DNA of 64,000 bases from an uncultured Gemmatimonadales bacterium (GTDB lineage Bacteria; Gemmatimonadota; Gemmatimonadetes; Longimicrobiales; RSA9). Shown here piece after piece: positions 59,481 to 64,000 of the stretch. Under the pieces are notes generated by a model. The model made no database searches and had not been told where the DNA came from. It worked only from the letters and a program-made list of their open reading frames with translations. The translations under genes and the position numbers were made by a program. The stretch's first letter is position 1, and each line of letters begins with the position of its first letter. Location: the NCBI GenBank assembly GCA_963783305.1, contig CAWAMW010000017.1:320001-384000 (forward strand), in the 5' to 3' direction.

Positions 59481-60524
59481 TCAGCGCTCCTCGTCGGGAG
59501 TGGTATGGAGGGAGTCGGAGTCGGGGGGTCCGTTCTCCCGGATCAGCGTCTCCAGGAGGTCGCCGGTCCGCTCCAGCTCCTCCATCCGGAGTGTGTGCCG
59601 CTTGAGCTGGCGGTCGCCCAGGCCGCGCTCGCGGGCGCGCTCGACCAGGAGCCCGGTGAGCGCGGTCTCCTCACGCAGCGCCCGGAGCGCCGACTCCAGC
59701 AGGTCGTCGCGCCGGGTCGCCTGCTCGTCCATGAGCGTCTCGGGACCGAAGAGGTGCCCGATGCGGCAGACGAACTCGGTGAGCCCGTGCTCGTCGACCT
59801 CCCAGAGCGCGCCGTTGCACTCCGGGCAGGTGAAGCCGGAGGCGGCGTTGACGGGATGGGGGGTGTCCGGGTCACGAATGTTCATCGAGGACTCCTTTCC
59901 CTGGTCGGTCAGCTCATCGGGTGTGGGCGCCGCCACTCCCGCCGGGGGCCGCGTGATGCGGGTGAGGAGCGGGGGCAGCTCGGCGATGCCCACGGTATGG
60001 TCGGGGTCCAGGAACTCGAGGGCGGAGGCCGGCATGCCGGGGAACGCGGCGTCCTCGGGGTCCTGAACGATGGTGGTGCCCCCCGCCCGCTCCACCGCGA
60101 GGAGGCCGGCCGTCCCGTTGTCCAGCATGCCCGTCAGGACCACGCCCACCACGCGCGGGCCGCGGCACGCGGCGGCCGAGCGGAAGAGCGGGTTCACCGC
60201 GGGTCGGGTCCGGTTCTCCTTGGGCCCGCGGCTCAGGTGGACATGCCCCGGCCGTACGAGCAGGTGGCGATCGGGAGGCGCCACGTAGACGTGGCCGGGT
60301 CGGGTCGGCTCCCCGTCCTCCGCGAAGCTGGCGGTGAGGGGCCCCGCGCGATCCAGGATCTGCGCCAGGAAGGAGACGCCCTTCGGGGCGGTGTGAACCG
60401 CCACGAAGATGGAGGCGGGGAAATCGCCGGGGAGCGAAGACAGGAGTCTCCGCAGCGCCGCCACGCCCCCCGCGGAGGCGCCAATCACGACCGTGTCCCT
60501 GTGGACCTTGCTGCTGTGGATCAT
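59481..60524 (-). CDS. CheB-type methylesterase with C-terminal CxxC domain
   Basis: IGASAGG, H, GVVLTGMLDNG, FTCPECNG..C..GH. Confidence 0.88.
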   Translation of the reverse strand: MIHSSKVHRDTVVIGASAGGVAALRRLLSSLPGDFPASIFVAVHTAPKGVSFLAQILDRAGPLTASFAEDGEPTRPGHVYVAPPDRHLLVRPGHVHLSRGPKENRTRPAVNPLFRSAAACRGPRVVGVVLTGMLDNGTAGLLAVERAGGTTIVQDPEDAAFPGMPASALEFLDPDHTVGIAELPPLLTRITRPPAGVAAPTPDELTDQGKESSMNIRDPDTPHPVNAASGFTCPECNGALWEVDEHGLTEFVCRIGHLFGPETLMDEQATRRDDLLESALRALREETALTGLLVERARERGLGDRQLKRHTLRMEELERTGDLLETLIRENGPPDSDSLHTTPDEER

Positions 60525-60655
60525 CGTCCTCCGATCCTGTCATGGGTTTCCGGCCGTGTGCCGGACGCCTCAGACGTCAGCAATCTCCGCTCCACCCGCT
60601 CGGCTCGACCGGGTGGGAGCGCGCGGGCGCGGCCCGGGTTCAGCGGCGGAGAGAA

Positions 60656-61276
60656 TCAGCCAATCAGGGGGAGGGCGGCGCGGCCGGATTCCGCCAGTCG
60701 CAGGAGGAGGTCCGCGATCTCGCGGGGGGGCAGCACCGCGTCCGCGAGACCGGCCGCCACCACCGATGCGGGCATCCGCTGCGTCCCGGCCGTCACCGGG
60801 TCCTGGACGACCACGACGCCACCCGCCCGGCGGACGGCGCGCGCTCCCGGCGTGCCGTCATCCCCGCCGCCGCTCAGGATGACCGCCACCACGCGCTGGT
60901 CGTAGACCCTGGCCGCCGATTCCATGACCGGGTCGAGGGCGGAAGCGACGAAGTGGGGGCGGCCGCCGCGGAACGAGACGGCGCCGTCGGGCTCCAGCAC
61001 GAGGTTGCGATCGGGCGGTGCCACGAGCACGCGGCCGGGCCGCGCCTCGGAGCCGTCCGTGGCGTCGACCACGTCCAGCGCCGTGGACCTGCGGAGGATT
61101 CCGGAAAGGACGCTGGGCATGTCGGGCACCCGGTGCAGCACCACCGCGATCGCCGCCGGGAAGGAGGCGGGCAGACCCGCGAGGACAGTCCGCATGGGGC
61201 CCAGCGCTCCGGCCGACCCGCCGATCACCACCATCGCGAACGGTCGGGGAGGAGCGGCCTGACGAGTCTGGCTCAT
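60656..61276 (-). CDS. Stand-alone CheB-type methylesterase
   Basis: IGGSAGA, VLHR, ILSGGGDDG, VQDP..A...MP. Confidence 0.85.
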   Translation of the reverse strand: MSQTRQAAPPRPFAMVVIGGSAGALGPMRTVLAGLPASFPAAIAVVLHRVPDMPSVLSGILRRSTALDVVDATDGSEARPGRVLVAPPDRNLVLEPDGAVSFRGGRPHFVASALDPVMESAARVYDQRVVAVILSGGGDDGTPGARAVRRAGGVVVVQDPVTAGTQRMPASVVAAGLADAVLPPREIADLLLRLAESGRAALPLIG

Positions 61277-61406
61277 GGGGTCCCACGCGGGAGGGGGACG
61301 GGGGCGGCCGCCGGCACCCGACCGGCGATGCGGCACGTCTGCCTCGCCCCCGCTCAATGTGGCACCCTTCCGGCCGCGGCGCGAGCGGCACGAACTCCAG
61401 GATGAG

Positions 61407-61688
61407 TCAGCCGTCGCGGTCGCGCCGCAGAGCCCGCTCCTCCAGCTCACGCTGGTCCTCGTGCGTGCGGCGCGCCTTCTCGTCCAGCATGTGCGCCTGC
61501 TCCGCCAGATCCGTGGCGCGCGCGTGCAGGTGGTGCGCTCGCTCCTCCGCCCGCGCACCCTGCTCCCGGGCCGTCGACAGGATCCCGGCCGCCTCCGTCG
61601 AGCCCAGCCGAGCGGCGGCCCGCCGCTGGAGCTCCGCCACCGCTTCTTCCAGCGCGTCCAGACGCTCTTCCACCGATCGCTGCGACAT
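61407..61688 (-). CDS. Small coiled-coil hypothetical protein
   Basis: GGAGG RBS before MSQRSVEERLDALEEAV. Confidence 0.55.
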   Translation of the reverse strand: MSQRSVEERLDALEEAVAELQRRAAARLGSTEAAGILSTAREQGARAEERAHHLHARATDLAEQAHMLDEKARRTHEDQRELEERALRRDRDG

Positions 61689-61939
61689 CTCGCCTCCCCT
61701 GGTTCGCTCCCGTGCCCGCTGCCAGCATGCACAGCGCGCACCAAGCGGGCGCCGTGATGGCCGCGGAATGGCCGCGTCGAGGGGCGGGCGCGGGGGGAGG
61801 ATACAGATTGACACCCATGGTGCGGACGGACATGTTTCGACGTACGGGGCGCCGCTCTCGGGGCCCCGACCCGCTCTACCTGTGCGACGACAATGGCGCG
61901 CTCTTCCGGGGTCCCTTTTCCTGCACCCAAGCAGCACCC

Positions 61940-63802
61940 ATGAGCAGCAGCGAAGCGCAGTGGACGGCTCTCCTCGCGTACATCAACGAGCAGCGGGGGG
62001 TCGACCTCAGGGACTACAAGAGCACCACGCTCGGCCGGCGGTTCGAGAAGCGGCTGCAGGCGACCGGATGCGAGGACCACGGCCAGTACCTGGATCGGCT
62101 GCAGGCGTCGCCGGACGAGTTCGACGCGCTGCTCGATTCGCTCTTCATCAACGTGACCTCGTTCTTCCGCGATCCGGAAGCGTGGGAGGCGCTGCGCGCG
62201 AACCTGTCGGAGCTCCTGGACCCATCGTCGGATCGCCCGCTCCGTGTCTGGTGCGCGGGGATCGCCAGCGGCGAGGAGGCGTACACGGTGGCCATGGTGC
62301 TGGCGGACATGCTGGGGATGAAGGCGCTGCGGGAGCGGGTGAAGATCTACGCCACGGACGTGGATGAGGGCGCGCTGGTGCAGGCGCGGCAGGGGTCGTA
62401 CACCGCGGCGCAGGTGGAGGAGGTGCCGGAAGCGCTGCGGGAGCGCTACATGGAGCCCGACGGGGAGCGGTTCACGTTCGTGCCCGAGCTGCGCCGCACG
62501 GTGATCTTCGGCCGGCACGACCTGCTGAAGGACGCCCCCATCTCGAAGCTCGACCTGCTGGTGTGCCGGAACACGCTCATGTACTTCAACCGATCCGCGC
62601 AGGACCGGATCCTGGCGCGCTTCCACTTCGCGCTGGGGCCGGGCGCGCTGCTGCTGCTGGGCACGGCCGAGATGATGCTGAGCCGGCGGCACCTGTTCCA
62701 GCCGGTGGAGAACGGCGTGCGGCTGTTCCGGAAGACGGACGAGCTGTCGCTGCGCGACCGGCTCAGCCTCATGAAGGACGGGGACCCGGACGGGGTGCAG
62801 GAGGCGGACGTGGCGGAGCAGGTCGAGCTGCGGGACCTGGCGTATCAGGCGTCGCCGATCCCGCAGATCCTGGTGGACCGGGCGGGTACGCTCGCGCTCG
62901 CGAACGAGGCGGCGCGGGAGCAGCTGGGGATCTCGACCGCGGACATCGGCCGCCCGTTCCAGGACGTGGAGATCTCCTACCGTCCCGTGGAGCTCCGGTC
63001 GCACATCGAGCGGGTGTTCGGGGAGGGAGACGCGGTGCGGCTGGAGGGAGTGGCGAGGCTCTTCCCGGATGGCCGCTCATCGTTCCTGAACATCGAGGTG
63101 CAGCCGCTCCGGGACACGCAGGAGGGTAAGACGGCGATCGCCGCGAGCATCTGCTTCACCGACGTGACGCGGGTGCACGAGCTGAACGCGCAGCTGGAGC
63201 AGTCGCGCGACGAGCTGGAGACCGCGTACGAGGAGCTCCAGAGCACGAACGAGGAGCTGGAGACCACGAACGAGGAGCTGCAGAGCACGATCGAGGAGCT
63301 GGAGACGACGAACGAGGAGCTCCAGAGCACGAACGAGGAGCTGGAGACCATGAACGAGGAGCTCCAGTCCACGAACGAGGAGATGAGCGCGATCAACGAG
63401 GAGCTCCAGGAGCGGAACGAGGTCAACAACCGGCTGAACGCCTACATGCGGTCGGTGCTGAACAGCGTGGGCGCCGCCATCGTGGTCCTGGACGAGGCGT
63501 CGCGCGTCCAGATGTGGAACAGTCAGGCGGAGGAGCTCTGGGGTCTCCGGGTGGACGAGGTGCAGGACGCGCCGTTCCTGCGGCTGGACATCGGGCTCCC
63601 GGTTGAGCAGCTGGCGGAGCAGGTACGGGCGACGCTGCGTGGGACCGGCGACGGCCGCGAGCGCGTGCTGGACGCCCACGACCGCCGCGGCCGGAGCATC
63701 CGGTGCCGCGTCTCCACGTCGCCGCTGAGCGGGCCGGACGACTCCGTCAGCGGCACGATCCTGCTGATGGAGCCGCTCCTGTCCGACGGTGACGGGGCAT
63801 GA
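61940..63802 (+). CDS. CheR-type methyltransferase with PAS domains and coiled coil
   Basis: INVTSFFRD, WCAGIASGEEAY, CRNTLMYF, ELQSTNEELET repeats. Confidence 0.92.
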   Translation: MSSSEAQWTALLAYINEQRGVDLRDYKSTTLGRRFEKRLQATGCEDHGQYLDRLQASPDEFDALLDSLFINVTSFFRDPEAWEALRANLSELLDPSSDRPLRVWCAGIASGEEAYTVAMVLADMLGMKALRERVKIYATDVDEGALVQARQGSYTAAQVEEVPEALRERYMEPDGERFTFVPELRRTVIFGRHDLLKDAPISKLDLLVCRNTLMYFNRSAQDRILARFHFALGPGALLLLGTAEMMLSRRHLFQPVENGVRLFRKTDELSLRDRLSLMKDGDPDGVQEADVAEQVELRDLAYQASPIPQILVDRAGTLALANEAAREQLGISTADIGRPFQDVEISYRPVELRSHIERVFGEGDAVRLEGVARLFPDGRSSFLNIEVQPLRDTQEGKTAIAASICFTDVTRVHELNAQLEQSRDELETAYEELQSTNEELETTNEELQSTIEELETTNEELQSTNEELETMNEELQSTNEEMSAINEELQERNEVNNRLNAYMRSVLNSVGAAIVVLDEASRVQMWNSQAEELWGLRVDEVQDAPFLRLDIGLPVEQLAEQVRATLRGTGDGRERVLDAHDRRGRSIRCRVSTSPLSGPDDSVSGTILLMEPLLSDGDGA

Positions 63803-64000
63803 GCGGCAGCGGGCACCCAGGTCCTCGCGGCGGGGGCGCTGCCCACAACCGGTATGCCGAGGCGCTCCAGGAGTGGCTGGAGCGAGCCCGCAGGGAAAGC
63901 GGCGGGCCCGAGGACAGCGCGCTCGCGGAGGAGGTGGAGACGTACCTGGAGGCGCTCCAGGTGGCCGAGGAGGAGCTGCGGGTCCAGACGGACGAGCTCA
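63799..64000 (+). CDS. Probable PAS/sensor protein, 5' part only
   Basis: ATGA overlap with CheR; LQVAEEELRVQTDEL coiled coil of the kind that precedes PAS domains. Confidence 0.6.
   Translation, partial: MSGSGHPGPRGGGAAHNRYAEALQEWLERARRESGGPEDSALAEEVETYLEALQVAEEELRVQTDEL

Noticed and set aside
63220..63420. Tandem DNA repeats
   Set aside because: They encode the ELQSTNEE coiled coil of the CheR protein

Overview
High-GC bacterial DNA whose gene content (PadR/ADOP permease pair, S9 peptidase, FadL plus SGNH lipoprotein) suggests Gemmatimonadota or Acidobacteriota; this is an inference. From left to right: (1) A respiratory locus with a divergent cytochrome b gene, a Cys-containing Rrf2 regulator, and a CuA/heme-copper oxidase operon. 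Its subunit I has Gln instead of the cross-linked Tyr, which fits an eNOR-type NO reductase. (2) Housekeeping and metal genes (ppa, DtxR-FeoA fusion, feoB). (3) An accessory and defence region at about 13-38 kb. It holds RES-Xre and VapBC toxin-antitoxin pairs, two Fic genes and a MmeI-like restriction-modification gene. It also holds a five-gene type IV CBASS-like operon (QueC-like, TGT-like, CD-NTase with a Gly-rich N-terminus, 2TM effector, OGG-like HhH protein). That operon is bracketed by a diverged 57-bp direct repeat of the R-M gene 3' end, and is followed by two nuclease-like genes separated by an attC-like site. The AT-richer parts of this island carry many frameshifts that look like unpolished long-read errors, although pseudogenisation cannot be excluded. 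(4) Core genes: DPP-IV-like peptidase, nadE, Zn/Mn ABC transporter, rocD, Na/Pi symporter with PhoU, glnA, and a CheB/CheB/CheR-PAS module. No rRNA, tRNA, CRISPR array, integrase or transposase was recognised.
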